Assembly (NCBI RefSeq): GCF_963921235.1
Contig: NC_086097.1
Span: 125,800,001-125,864,000 of the forward strand
Direction: 5' to 3'
Origin: Mobula hypostoma
Taxonomy: Eukaryota
Length of the DNA: 64,000 nt
Positions 11,901-26,900 of this stretch are shown here, one piece after another. The translations under genes were made by a program, and so were the position numbers. The notes beneath the pieces were generated by a model. The model did not search any database, was not told the DNA's origin, and saw only the letters and a list, made by a program, of their open reading frames with translations. Every line of letters begins with the position of its first letter. Position 1 is the first letter of the stretch.

Positions 11901-14900
11901 CTGCTCTGTCCAACCATGGCCAAGAAAGCACACCAGTGCCTCTACTTCAGGAGGCTAATAAAATGTGCATGCTCCTTTTGACCCCAATTTTTATCAGTGT
12001 ACCAGAGAAAACATTCTACCTGGATGCCTCACGGCTTGGTATGGCAACTGCTCAGTACGTGACTAAGAAACTGCAGAGAGTGACAGACACAGCTAAGCAA
12101 ATCATGGAAACCAGCCACCCCTCCATGAACTCTGTCTACAATTCATATTTGCAGCCTTGGTCAAGCAACTAGCATAATACCCTGCCTACTCTGAACATTC
12201 TCTCTTTCTCTCCCTCAACTCCCCCACCCCCAAACAGATAGAAGTTACAAAAGCCTGAAAACATGTAGCACGAGACTCAAGGACAGCTTCTATCACACTG
12301 TTATAGGATTATTGAAGGGTTCCCTAGTATGAAAGGATGGACTCTAGATCTTACAATTTACCTTATTGTCTGCCAGCATTGCACTTTCACTGCAATATTT
12401 TTTTTCTGAACTCGTATTGCTTTACACCATACTCTTTCAATGCACTGTTGTAATGAATTGACCACTCCATGTGAACAGATGAACAGTACACAAGACAAGC
12501 TTTTCACTGTACCTTGATACATGTGCCAATAATTGTAACAGCAAATGACACACATTTGGGGTGAAGGAAGTGGTGTGGAGTAAAAAAAAGGTGGGTAAGG
12601 ACAGAGGACAGGACAGTAAAATTATGAATAATGTTCGTCCCAATGACAAGATTCATAAAATCCCATTGTTAAATGCTGGACAGACTGAAATTAATTCAGG
12701 AAACTATGTTCATGACTGGAAAAATGCATGGAAACTGTCCCAAGGGCAAGATTAACCTGCTATGAGCACACGTACTAAAAGCTCAGAAAAACATTGGCTT
12801 GGGACTACTTTTGTTAGACAAGGCAGCATTTTTCCATCTTAAATTTAGTAACATCACGCTACCATTACATCAAGAGAATCCATATATTGAGAACTCACCT
12901 TCTTCCCTCTAGAGTTCTCAGACTGGCTTCTTCACGTGCTGTTAATCTTTCTCTCCTGGCAGAATTTTGTGAAGCATGCAAAGGATGACTTGGGTGACCT
13001 GGATCTCCAGCTGAAGATAATGCTGAACCATATCGCAACTGAGCCTCAGTGGAATCCATGATACTGACCATCCAGTTCCACGTGGGCATAAGCTTTTCCT
13101 CAACATAATTCTGTAGAAATTATTAAGACTTTAAATAGTAGAGAGGATGAACATTCATCTGCTTAACACAAGAACGTCATTTAATTGGGACAAGGTGGAG
13201 AGGAGAAAAAGTAGGAAAAGAATTCTTTCAGAGATCCTTAACACTTTTGCAAGATCATGCTATGTAGACATATTTATTCCATCAGCACCTGCACAGACAA
13301 GACTCCTCAGTTGCTAATTCAATGAAGAAACTAAAGGTCAGGGAGTAGTCTATTTGTATAGATGTGACAAACAATTTTCAATGAAAAATTAGTCTCACCA
13401 AGTCAAATCTTATATATAATGAAACTACCACTATGAGGAATTAAGCACTCAGATTACAACACAATGGAAAAATAAGGCCTTTAATATTAAAGTAACTTGT
13501 GCAATCTGTTCTGTAGCCTTTTCAAAATTTATATGATAATGGGGAAAAAATAACTAAAGCATTTAATGCAATGAAGAATTTTAGGCATAATTCATCAAGT
13601 GGTTTCTACTGTCACCAGGTTTTCCTCCTTGGCCCTCAAATGTATGTTCAACACAGCAATGAACTTGCTCACAACTTGCACGAGTCTGTGGTGGCCAGTG
13701 CTATCATGTTTGCTGTTGTGTGCTGGGGCAGCAGGCTGAGGGTAGCAGGCACCAACGGAATCAACGAACTCATTCGTAAGGCTAGTGATGTTGTGGGGAT
13801 GGAACTGGACTCTCTGACGGTGGTGTCTGAAAAGATGATGCTGTCCAAGTTGCATGCCATCTTGGACAATGTCTCCCATCCACTACATAACGTACTGGTT
13901 GGGCACAGGAGTACATTCACCCAGAGACTCATTCCACTGAGATGCAACACAGAGCGTCATAGGAAGTCATTCTTGCCTGTGGCCATCAAACTTTACAACT
14001 CCTCCCTTGGAGGGTCAGACACCCTGAGCCAATAGGCTGGTCCTGGACTTATTTCCTGGCATAATTTACATATTACTATTTAACTATTTATGGTTTTATT
14101 ACTATTTATTATTTATGGTGCAAATGTAACAAAAACCAATTTCCCCGGGGGTCAATAAAGTATGACTATGACTTCCATTATCCTAAGGCACCTCCAAAGA
14201 CTTCCATACATTCAAAAAATACTTTTAAGTTGCTCACTGTTGTAACGTGGATATTAAGGAGCCAATCCATACAGAGAAAGATCATACAAACTACAGTGCC
14301 GCTGTATCTGGACCATATCAACTACTTTCTCAATGCTACCTTAAAAATACACAGTACTACATTGGATATAACCTGTTTGCTTCTTTGCCTCTCCGAATAA
14401 ACCAACAGAACTTTTGTATTCATTTAGAGTCATAGAACAGTACAGCACAGGAGGACCACCTTGGGCCTATCTAGTCCGTGCTGAACTATTATTTTGCCTA
14501 GTTCCATCGACCTGCACACAGACCACAGCCTTCCATACCCTTCCCATCCATGTACCTATCCAAATTTCCCTTAACTTTTGAAATCGAACCCGTATCCACC
14601 ACTTCCATTGTCAGCTTGTTCCACACTCTCACCACCCTGAGTGAAGTTCCCCCTCATGTCCCCTATTCAACCTTAACCCATGAACTCTAGTTCTAGTCTC
14701 ATCCAATCTCAATGGAAAAGCCTGTTTGCATTTACCCTATCTATACCCCTCAAAGTTCTAACTTATTCACATGATGGAACAGATGAGTTTAACATCCAAA
14801 GGATGACAAATTCCACACTCCCTCCTTATTCAGTAATGGTCGGATTTCCTCAACACCTCCACCATTCTCTCACTTTCTGTAAGATACTGCTGAAAACAGA

Positions 14901-17900
14901 CTTCTGTTCAAATTTTTGATCATTTTCTGTAATATTTCATAGGGGCACATGTTTTAATCTCCATTAATGTTGCTCTGCATGCATTAGCTGACAATGTCTA
15001 ACACTGCTGCTATCAGGGAGAAGCATTTAAAATCAAGCCTCAAAGCAATTTCTTTGTGCCAAAAGTGGGGATAGTAACATGATGGAACCAAGAACATTAG
15101 AAGATAGGCATTAGAGGACCATCAATCTGTTATTCAAAAGGAGAATGCTTTTTAAAAGTCAAATACCAAGGAGGCAATTGGGATTTAGAAGGAAAAAAAA
15201 GTGTTCTTCTTTGGCAGAGATACCAAGGGGACTACATGGATGGGAGGGGTATTGGGTGCTATAGACCAGGTGTGGTTTGATGGGACTAGGCAGAATAACA
15301 GTTCCGCCTGCACTGGATAGGTTGAAGGGTCTGTTTCTGTGCTGTACTGCCATATGGCTCTATTGAAAATTGTTCTCTCTACAATTAATTTCTCGGCATC
15401 AGTGTATAAAATGCAGCAAGTGTTGAAACAGAACTAAAGTTGAGACATTAAACATAAATTAGAGAAGGAAAGGTCCAATGAACAAAGACAAAAGCCTAAT
15501 GCAGCAGGTGCAAGAACGGTTCAGAAAAATCCAGTTTTCTTCTCCACTGGCAAATAAAACACATTAAGAAAAGTGACAACAATTACTAAGACAAAAAGGA
15601 CGACATATATACTTATTGCCACTTAGTAAAACTTTGACAAACCTGCAAGTTAATGGCATCCTGGTACGTTATTTTCAAGGCAGCTGGAATCTGGGAGTAC
15701 ACCAAGTGGTTATACTTTGGAATTAAGCCCATGAGATCCGAGATCTGCCTTATTACGATACTGTAGGCTCGTGCTAGGCTGCTTGCTGATGTGAGGTAGC
15801 TGCTAGAATTACTTGCTTCCAGAGCTGCAGCGGCTGCAGCTGCACTGGTGCTGATTGTAGCGCTGCGTCGCAAGGTAGAAGGGTCAATGTAAATTAAACC
15901 TGCTGAGCCACCTGGAAAAGATGCATTAGATAAAACCATAACAATTCAGTTCTACTCAAATCAACTCAAACAACAAGTAGCAAATAAAGAAAATATTCTC
16001 AGACCCAAGCACAAGAAATTCTGCAGATGCTAGAAATTCAGCACAAAATGATGAAGCAACTGAGCAGGTCAGGCAGCATCTATGGAGAGGAATAAACTGT
16101 CAATTTTTCAGGCCAAGACCTTTTATCAGGACTCATGAAGGGTCTTGGCCCATAAGGTCGACTGTTTATTTCTTCTCCATAGATATTTTCAGTCCTAAAG
16201 CCTATCATACATGATTTAAATAATTAGAACAGGTTACGCTAAAACAGTTTCCAGTTATAAGTTTGAAATGGATTTAAAAGATCAATTAAGTTACATCTTA
16301 AAATTGGTTTAATTCCTAAGTTTCATTTGCTAGTTTTAGAGTCTGGAGTAATTCAGAACTTCGTATTTTACTGCCTTGCTTAATTTTATAAATGCCTGTC
16401 CATTAGAACTTACCTGCAGGAGTGCTATTACTAGATGGAGCTGTACTGTTAGACCGTTGGTTCTGAGTGCTGCGCACTGCCCACTGCATGGAACGTGGTG
16501 CCTGAGCTGCACTGTTTGCATGAGAGCTGCTGGTGGTTCTCTCCAAAGGCTCATCTTGTAAAAATGTATCCTGTTCCTCATCATCACTCTGACTGCTGCT
16601 GCTGTCAGAATCACTGGAGTCATTGGATTGAGAATCATCTTCCGAGAAAAATGCTGGAACGCTGCTGGCACCTGGTAGTCAACATTTATGGTTACTCAGA
16701 TCGGAAGAGGCAAGTGTTCAAATTAATTGGACTGTTGTAATTAAACTGCAAAGCTAATTTATAACATTTATACAAAAAAGTACTTTCAAGTCTGAAGTAA
16801 TGATTTAGAAATTACTGTTAACTGCAAAGACTGAAGAAAACTACACTTCAGAGTTTCTGGAGATACATTTGCAGATTATATTTTGTTTTGCACAAGTGAT
16901 TGCCACAGAGCTACCTGAATATAACCAATAAGCCACCCATTGAAGTTGAAACACATTTCCTATATAAAAAAAAGAAAAAGTTTGTGAACTCTTTACAATT
17001 ACCTGGTTTTCTGCATTAGTTACTCAAAATGTGGTCTGATCTTCATAGACAAACACAATCTGCCTAAACTAAGAACAAACAATTGTACTTTTCATGCCTT
17101 TATTGAACTTATCATTTAATTACTCACAGTCCAGGCTGGAAAAAGTGTGTGAACCCTTGTATTTAAATAACTGGTAGAACGTCCTTTAGCAGCATAACCT
17201 CCACCAGAAGTTTCCTGTAGGTGCTGATCAGAGTTGCACGAAGGCAAGGAGGAACTTTAGATCACTCCTCCATCCAAAATTGTTTCAGTTCATTAATATT
17301 TCTGGAATATACCCTCTTCAGGTCATGCCACAGCATCTCAATTGGGATAAGATCTGGACTCTGACTTGACCATTCCAAAAACACAAATTTTCTTCTTTTT
17401 AAACCATTCTGTTGTTGATTTACTCTTGTGTTTCAGATCATTGTCTTGTTGCATTATCCAACTTCTATTAAGCTTCAGCCAACGGACTGCTACCCTGACA
17501 TTCTTCTATAAAATATCTTGACAAAATTTTGAATTCATTGTTCCCTCAATGATTGCAAGCTGTCCAGGCGCTGAGGCAGCACAGGGGCCCCAAACCATGA
17601 TGCTCCTTCCACCATGCTTCACAGTTGGTGTTGGTTCACAGTGCCCTTTTACCTCCAAACATCAGGTATGCACTTGTCTCATCTCTCCACAGAACATTGT
17701 CCCAGAAGTGTCGTGGAGGTATCAGAGGTGGTAATTTACAAACTTAAGATGCACAGCAATGGTTTCTCTGAGAGCACTGGTTTCCTCCAGGGTGTCCTTC
17801 CATGAACACCATTCATGTTCAGTGTTTTTTTACTATGTAGTGGACACATGAACAGACCTTAGCAGGTTCTAGAGATTTCTGCACATCTTTTGCTGTTACC

Positions 17901-20900
17901 CTTGGGTTCTTTTTCACCTCCTTCAGCATTAGTGTGATCTTAGCAGGATGCGCACTGCTTGGGAGGGTAGCAACAGTACTGAATCTCCTCCATTTCCTGG
18001 ACAAGTTCTCTTACTGTGGACTGGTGAACAGTCAGGTCTTTAGAAATGCTTTTGTAGTCTTTTCCAGCTTCATGTATCTCTACAATTCTTCTTCTAAGGT
18101 CCTCTGAAAGCTGTTTTGATCAAGGCATACTGACAATAACCCAAGTTCGTGTGTCTTTTTTTTTATAGGCAGGTCACCTCTAGAACCCACACCTACAATA
18201 TCATCTCATTGACTGGAACCTCTGACTCCAAACAGCTTTTGTAGAAGGCATTACCCCAGATGTTCACATTCATATTTGAACCCAAACTGTGATTGCTTAA
18301 GTGGACTACTCAGTATTGACAAGTAGTCGTACAATTGTTTGTGTTATTAGTTTAGGCAGATTTTATCTGCCCATTACTGTGACTTAGATGAAGATCACAC
18401 TACATTTTATGAGTAATTAACGCAGAAAACCAGGTAACTGCAAAGGGTTCACAAACTTTTTCTTGCAACTGTAAATGCGGTAAACACATAAATACCAAAT
18501 GGCATCACTTCCCTTTAGCCTACTTATTACTTCCCTCAAACTGTCAGGCTGATCAACACCTCTATTCATTGACCCATCACCCCCCACCAACTCAACATAC
18601 ACATTACCTAACATCACATTACGTACATATAAAACAGTTACTTAACCACTGTGTTTTATAGGATTGCATTTATATTTATTGTGCTTTATTTTTGTTTCTT
18701 TGTTGTGTTCTTATTTTGTTGTGCTTTCTATACTTTCCGGAGTAACAATCATTAACTCACCTGCTTCGGACCCCGCTGTAGCTGCAGTGACAACACTTCT
18801 GCGCCCACTGGCATTATCCTGATTGCTATGGTTACTCTCACTATCACTTTCAGTCTCTGCTGCTGCTAACAGATCAAGCTCCATATCACTCCCTAAATAA
18901 ATCAAACAAAACTTCAATGAAGACAGAGGCATGAATGAAACATGACACAAATAAGGCCCATCACAAGCACTTTTATTGTACCATCAATGCAGCAGAAAAA
19001 GATGAAAGACTTGACACAGCCAAATAAAGTGTTAAAGCAATCGAAAAGGTAGGTCTTGAATGAGAGCCGTTACAAAGATTTGTTTCTGCTTTTTTTAAAA
19101 AGCATTTTAATACGCATTAGATCTTCAGGGCAGGGCTAATTTGCAACTCAGTTTTGATAAAGGCATTTCTTTGCAGTCTTGTTTCTTCCCCCCCAAAAGT
19201 GAAATGGTTTTGGTCTGGAATTCCAGAAATTTTGGCTCTGAAGGCATAGGCGGCTTTAAGAGGGTGCAGTGCAAGCGAAAAACAACTGAAGTGAATAAAG
19301 GTGTAAGTACCAGACCACAGAGGTAGAAAGGTATGGAGAGAGTATACGAAGTCAAGCAATTTGAAACTACAGTCTAGTTTAATTAAACAAGCAAATTCAG
19401 AAACAATGTACGAACAATTTAAGTGTAACTGTCTGCACAATCACTTCATATGCCAGCAATCATTGACTAGGGTTCGGTACGGTAAAAGAACCCTTAGGAG
19501 GCAGTGATCACAATATGATTGAGTTCAACTGGAAATTTGATAGGAGAAAATAAAGTCTGACATAGCAGTATTTCAGTGCAGGAAATTACAGTGGTATGTA
19601 AAAGGAGTTGGCCAAAGTAAATTAGAAGGAGATGCTGGCAAGGATGACAGCAGAGCAGCAATGACGTGAGATTCTGGGAAAAATGAGAATGGTGCTGGAT
19701 AGACAACACCCTCTCATCAGTGGGAAGACAGGATTCGGAAGCTTCTAAAACTCTAGAGAGCAACTAAAAGAACCATTAAGAGGGAAAAGATGAAATATGA
19801 AACCAGTCTAGCAAACAATATCTAAGTGGATAGTAGAAGCTTTTTCAAGTATGTAAAAAATAAAAGATATGAGAGTGGATGTAGGACTGCTAGAAAACGA
19901 GGCTGGAGAAATAACTGGGGACAAGAGATGAAAGGTAAACTAGATAAGCATTTTGATTCAGTCATCTTTGTGGAAGACTCCAGCACTGTGCCAAATGTTG
20001 AAGGGTGTGAGGGAAGAGAAGTGAGTACAGTTATCATTACAAGGGAGCAGACACTCAAAAAGCTTAAAGACCTAAGGGTACATAAGTCACCTGGACCAGA
20101 TGAACTGCACCCCAGGGTCTGAAAGAGGTAGCAGTAGAGATTGTGGAGACATTAATGATCTTTCAAAAATCATTGGACTCTGGCATGGTACCAGAGGACT
20201 GGAAAATTGCAAATGTCACTCCACTCTTCAAGAAAGGAGGAAGCAGAAGGGAAGTTATAGACCAGTTAGCCTGACCTCAGTGGTTGGGGAGATGATGGAA
20301 TCAATTGTTAAGGATGAGGTTATGGAGTAGTTGGTGAATCAGGACAAGAAAGGACAAAGTGAGCATGGTTTTCTTAAGGGAAAATCATGACTGATAAACC
20401 TGTTGTAATTCTTTGAGGAGATTACATGTAGGATAAACAAAAGGGAATGCAGTGGATGTCGTACATTTGGACTTCCAGAAGCCTCTGACGAAGTGCCACA
20501 CATGAGGCTGCTTACCAAGTTAAGAGCCCATAGTGTTACAGGAAAATTACTAACATGGTTAGAGCATTAGGAGATTGGTAGGAGGTAGCAAGTGGGAATA
20601 AAAGGACCCCTTTCTGGTTGGCTGCCAGTGACTAGGGGTACTCCTCAGAGGACGGTGTCGGGACCACTTATTTTTATGCTGTGTATCAATGACTTAGATG
20701 ATGGAAAAGATGGTTTTGTTGCCAAGTTTACAGATATGAAGATTAGTGGAAGGGCAGATGGTGTTGAAGGAACAGGTAGGATACAGAAGGACTTAAGACA
20801 GATTAGGAGAATGGGCAAGAAAGTGGCAAATGAAATACAGTGTTGGAAAATGCATGGTCATGCACTTTGGTAGTAGAAATAAATGTGTGGACTGTTTTCT

Positions 20901-23900
20901 AAATGGGGAGGAAATACAAAAATCTGAGATGCAAAGGGACTTGGGAGTCCTTGTGCAGAACACCGTAAAGGTTAACTTGCAGGTTAAGTTGGTGGTGCAG
21001 AAGGCAAATGCAATGTTAGCATTCATTTCAAGAGGTCTGGAATACAAGAGCAGGGATGTGATGCTGAGGTTTTATAAGGCAATGGTGAGGCCTCACCTAG
21101 AGCATTATGAACAGTTTTGGGCGCCTCATCTTAGAAAAGATGTGCTGGCACTGGAGAGGGTTCAGAGGAGGTTCACAAGGATGATTCTGGGAATGAAAGG
21201 GTTATCATACGAGGAATGTTTGATGGCTCTGGGTCTGTACTTGCTGGAATTTGGAAGGATGAGGAGGGATCTCACTGAAATCTTTCGAATATTGAAAGGC
21301 CTAGGCAGAGTAGATGTGGAAAGGAAGTTTCCCATGGAAGGGGAGTCTGGGACAAGAGGGCACAGCCTCAAGATAGAAGGGTGTCCACATAAAACAGAGA
21401 TGTGGAAAAATTTCTTTAGCCAGCGGGTGGTGAATTTCTGGAGTTTATTACCACAGGCAGCTGTGGAGGCCAGGTCGTTGGGTATATTCAAAGCAGGGCT
21501 TGACAGGTTTTTGATTGGAGACAAAGGTTACGGGAAGAAGGCCGGGGAATGGGGCTGAGGAGGGGAAAAAAGGATCAGTCATGATTGAATGGCAAAGCAG
21601 ACTTGATGGGTCAAATGGCCTAATTCTGCTCCTGTGTCTTACGATCACATAATCCCTGCCGCTGTCTGTAAAGAGTTGTACTCCTCCCCTTGACGACTTA
21701 AGATTCCTCCCACATTCCAAAGACATATAGTAAGGGTTAATAAGTTGCAGGCATGCTATATTGGTACCAGAAGCAAGGTAACACTTGCGGGCTGAACTCA
21801 GCACAATCCTCGCTGAATTGGTTTGACACCTATGATCTATTTTATTGTATGTTTCAGTTTACATTCGACAAATAGAGCTAATCTTTTAAAAAAATCTTTT
21901 GAAAAGTGCAAGGCTCAAAGTAGAATAAGGGAATACAGTTGCAAAGCACAAATGCACTGGAAGAGTCACATTTAAGTAGTAAAGAAACAAATGAGTTTGT
22001 CAGATGAGATGAGGGAGAGCAAAGGAGGGCAATATTAAAGCTGGAAATTAAACAAGAAATTCTGCATATACTGAAAATCCAGATAAACACATACAAAATG
22101 CTGGACGAACTCAGCAGGTCAGTCAGCATCTATGGAAATGAATAAACTGTCAACATTTTGGGGATGATTAAGGGTCTCGGCCCAAAACCAACTGTTTCAA
22201 AGATTCAAGATTCAAACTACATTTATAGATTGTATAAGAATGTATAAATTATAAAACCTTGACACTTGTCTGCTTACTGGCAGCCACAAAGCAAGAAACC
22301 TGAAAGAACCCAATTAAAAATAAAGACCAACACCCAATGCACAAAGAAAGGGAAAAAGCACAAATCATGCAAACAATAAAAGCAAGCAACAGCATTCTCA
22401 ACCAAATTGAGTCCTTGGATCCAAATCCCTGGAGTTGATTCTTTTCCCCAGATGCTGTCTGATCTGCTCAGTTCCTCTAACATTTTGCATGCATCATGTT
22501 ACTGGAAATGGGCCGCCTCAGTGGTAGCATGGAGACTCAGCTCAGAAATTATTTTGGTGTCAAATCAGTCAAGTTTTAGACAAGTAAAGGGTGAGAGTAA
22601 TAGAGTGTGATGGTGAAAAGAGCAAACGTGATTGTTTTAATCCTCCCTGCACTTAGGTGTATGAAGTTTCTGCACATTCAGTACTAGACTTTAGATGGCT
22701 TGATAAATTGGAGACAATTAAATGATTATGAGAAATTATGGTCAGGTAAAGCTATTGACCAGCATTCAATGGAGTCAGCTATCACATTTCCTCTAACCAT
22801 GTTGCTGATTGACAAGGACAAATCCTTCTGGAAGGAGGCAGTATACAAGTATGGGCTGAGAATCCATTATTGGTAACTGGCTGAAAATGGTATGGACAAG
22901 AATGAGCGAATACTCCCTTTTAGATGGCAGTGGAAAGTTGAAGCTGACAGGGCAAATAAATGATTAAAAGGTATTAAAGGCAGAATAAAAAATCTCTGTT
23001 AAATCATATCTAATACACCAATGCCACTTTATTTTAAGTAGGAATTGCGACTGCTCTAACACAGACTGAAGCAAGACTTTCCAGGCGCAGACCCATGGTC
23101 TCGCGAGACTAACAGATGCCACCATGCTGTATTGGGAACCCTTATTAGTTACTCCTCAAAATAACTACAAATGCCTTCAGGTACTTATAGTTTTAAAACA
23201 ATATATACACAAGTATTATTAAACATAAATGATATACCATACCATCATCATCGTGTTCATCATGGTGCCCCTCGGCCTCAGTATTTTCTTCACCCTGTTC
23301 CTCATGTTCATCATGATGATCATCTTCCCCAGCTACGCCCTCAACCACTTCAACCTTGAACACAGTTATAATGGACATTCTGATCATTACATTATTATCT
23401 AACAATAATTTTTTTTGAAGTGCACTTAATAGAGTAGAAATCATCACCATTATTTATAAGCAAATATGTTTCTAACACCCCCCAAAATGGTCAATGCCTG
23501 GGACTTCTTTTGTTTAAATATAGCCAATACTAAGGAGAGCAAAGAACCTGTCAGGATGCTTAGTGCTGGCCAATACAAAACCATCCATTACACTTGCCTA
23601 ATTGAACAATCAGCTGCTGAAAATTAAGCTGCATTAATAACTAAATTAGGAATAATTGTCAATCTTGGGAAGAATTTCTGATCATTCACATGCTTGTACA
23701 CTTCAGCTTTTATGTGCTTAATAGCAAAGTGTACAAGTATTACTTGATTTCTATGGACTTTATGTTCTTGAATATAGAATTAAAATGTGTGTATTTACTA
23801 AATACACATGGTTAGTAAACTTTATTGATGCATATTTTACTAACTAGGCTTGTGGCCTGGTGCCAGGCAAATAACCTCAATGTCAGCAAGACAAAGAAGA

Positions 23901-26900
23901 TGGTTATTGATTGCATGAGAACTCTCACACACCCCTCTTTATATCAGCAGCACTACAGTGGAAACTGCGAACAGTTTCAAACTCCTGGGAGCGTACATCC
24001 CACACAATCCTTCATGGTCACAGAACACATTTTAACACAATTAAGAAGGCTCACCAATGCCTGTACTTTCTGGGGAAACTGAAGAAAACTAAACTATGCC
24101 GATCAATATCTACGACCTTCCACAGATACACAGTAGAGACCATCCTAATGTTCTGCATCACTGCATAGTATGGAACTGCAATGTGGCAGACAGGAAGGCA
24201 CTACAACGGGTAGTCTAAACTGCCCAACGTATAACTGGCATCAGCCTACCTGCCATCAAGGACACATGTACAGAAAAATGCTAGAAAAGTGCCAGTAACA
24301 TTATGAAGGACCCCACCCACCCTGCTCATTGACGGTTTGCCCCACTCCCATCAGGGAGGAGGCTACATGGTCTCTTGCCAGGACAACAACAAAAATAGTT
24401 ACTATCCCCCAAGCATTAAGGTTGATCAACACTTCCACCCAGTAACCCACCCCTCCACAGCCCCTACCACCACTACTTTATCAATTCCTGTCATTCACCT
24501 TATGTACAGACACTTGATTCAGGCTAACATCACTTTATGGACATACAATCAATGTATACAAGCTATCTTACATATTTATATTTATTGTTTTAATTAATAT
24601 GTTCTTATATCTTTGTGGTTTTTGCTGGTGCTGCATCAGATCTGGAGCAACAATTATTTCATTCTCCTTGCGAAATAGAAATGACATTAAGCTATCTTGA
24701 ATATTAAAATTTAACTATATTGAGTGTATACATGATTTTTATTAAAAATAGCAAACATGTTGTATTTTAAATAGTTCCAAGATGTTAAACTGAAGGATAA
24801 TAAAAATGAAAAATATCTATCCCATTGCTCATGGTCAATAAAGTCATCAAATGCCAGAAACTAAAGGGCTAAATTTAGTAGCCTGCTACAATTTAAAAAT
24901 TTAAACTGACAATAATTCCAAAAACAATTAGAGATAAGTTAAAGGAAAAATAATCTACATAATGTGTCTGGGTCTTGCAAGATATTTCAATAATTCTATA
25001 ACACTTCCTTTCCTATCAGTTTGCATTTCACATTAAGATCTTTTCCTTTTTAATTATACAGTACTTTCAAGAATAAACTTCAGAAAACATTTGGAAAGCA
25101 ATATTTAAATACTTTTTTAATAATGCAATATTTTCTCTATTCTCAGCAAAAATAACCTTAACATTCCTAACTTCTTGCCCTCTGCATTCTTTGAACATAC
25201 TAACTCATTAGAATGACCAACTGAACAGATTGTTTTCAGTTCCAAATGAGTTAAAAATCACTTGAACAACTTGAACCGTGATGACAAAATATTTTATTCC
25301 ACATATGCTCTACAAATCTAAGAAATGCGTGTAAATAGAGCTGCACCAGGAATATTTTATTGAAGAATATGACAATTATTACATACTTTGTTTAAATACA
25401 TTGAACAAAAACAATTTAAATAACAAAGGGTCAAATTTGAAAGTCTGCGGTGAGAGAAACAGTTGTTGCTGGACTAGGTTCCTCTGTACAGATGTTGCCC
25501 AACTCAACTATTTTTAATGATTTATTTGTATTTCATGCTTCTAGCATCTGCAGTTTTGATTTTAAATTTTTTTAAAAACTCAAACTGCGTGTTTTGTGTT
25601 TGTGAGACATCTGAACAAACGAGCTTAAACTACACAAATAAAATTTACAAAGTTCAAAATTCAAAGTAAATTTATTATCAAAGTACATATATGTCACCAC
25701 ATACAATGCGAAGATTCATTTTCTTGCAGGCATTCACAGTAGATACAAGAAGCAATAGAAGCAATGAAAGACCAAACACAGTAGGATGGACAACCAACCA
25801 ATGTGCAAAAGACAACAAACTATGCAAATAAATGTGATACACATCAATAACATAAGATGAAGAGACCTTGAAAGTGAGTTCATAGGTTGTGGGAACAGTT
25901 CAGTGATGGGATGAATGAAGTAATACCCTCTGGTTCAAGAGCCTGATGGTTGAAGGATAATAACGGTTCCTGAACCTGGTAGTGAGTCCTGAGGCTCCTC
26001 TACCTTCTTCCTAAAGGCAGTAGTGAGAAGAGAGCATGGCCTGGATGGTGGGGGTCCTTGATGATGGATACTGCTTTCCTGCAACAGTGCTCTGTGTAGA
26101 TAGGCTCAATGGTGGGAACAGCTTTACCCTGTGGCAGACTGAACTGTACCAACTACTCTTTGTAGGCATTTCTGTTCAAGGGTATTGGTGTTTTCACACC
26201 GGATGTAATGCAACCAATGTGCTCTCCACCACATATCTATAGAAGTTTGTCAAAGTTTTAGATGATGTATCGAATATTCGCAAACTTCTAAGAAAGTAGA
26301 GGTACCGCTGTGCTTACTTTGTAATGGACGTAAATGCTGAGTCCAGAGCAGATCTTCTGAAATGATAACACTGAGGAATTTAAAGTTGATGAAACTCTCC
26401 ACTTTTGATTCCCCAGTGAGACTGGCTCATGGACCTCCGACTTCCTCTTCTTAAAGTCAATTATCAGCTTCTTGGACTTACTAACAGCAAATGAGAAGCT
26501 GTTGTGGTACCACTCAGCCAGAATTTCAATCTCCCTCCTATATGCTGATTCGTCACGGCCTTAGATTCAGCCGATGACAGTTTTGTCATCGGCAAACTTA
26601 AATATGGCACAATCTACAACACCCAACAGTTTCAGCGAGTAAAAAATCGGTAACATTACCTCTTCAACATCTGCCGTGACAATATCATCTTGCTCTTCAT
26701 CCCTTCCTCGAACAGGTTGTGACTGACTGATGCGTCTCTGTTGAGGATTTCGAATGATGTATGAAGACTGTGACTGGCTGGAGCTGCAAAAGATGTTGAA
26801 TTACAAAAACAATTCTACGACTAAAATCACTTCGCTGAAAATTAAACAAAATGACAGATGTAAAATTACCTGCTGGATTGATCAGAGGATTGCCTTGGAG

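Noticed and set aside
23233..23243. Second GT donor 5 nt downstream (GTATG-GTATAT)
   Set aside because: It is weaker and frame-shifting, with no supporting evidence.
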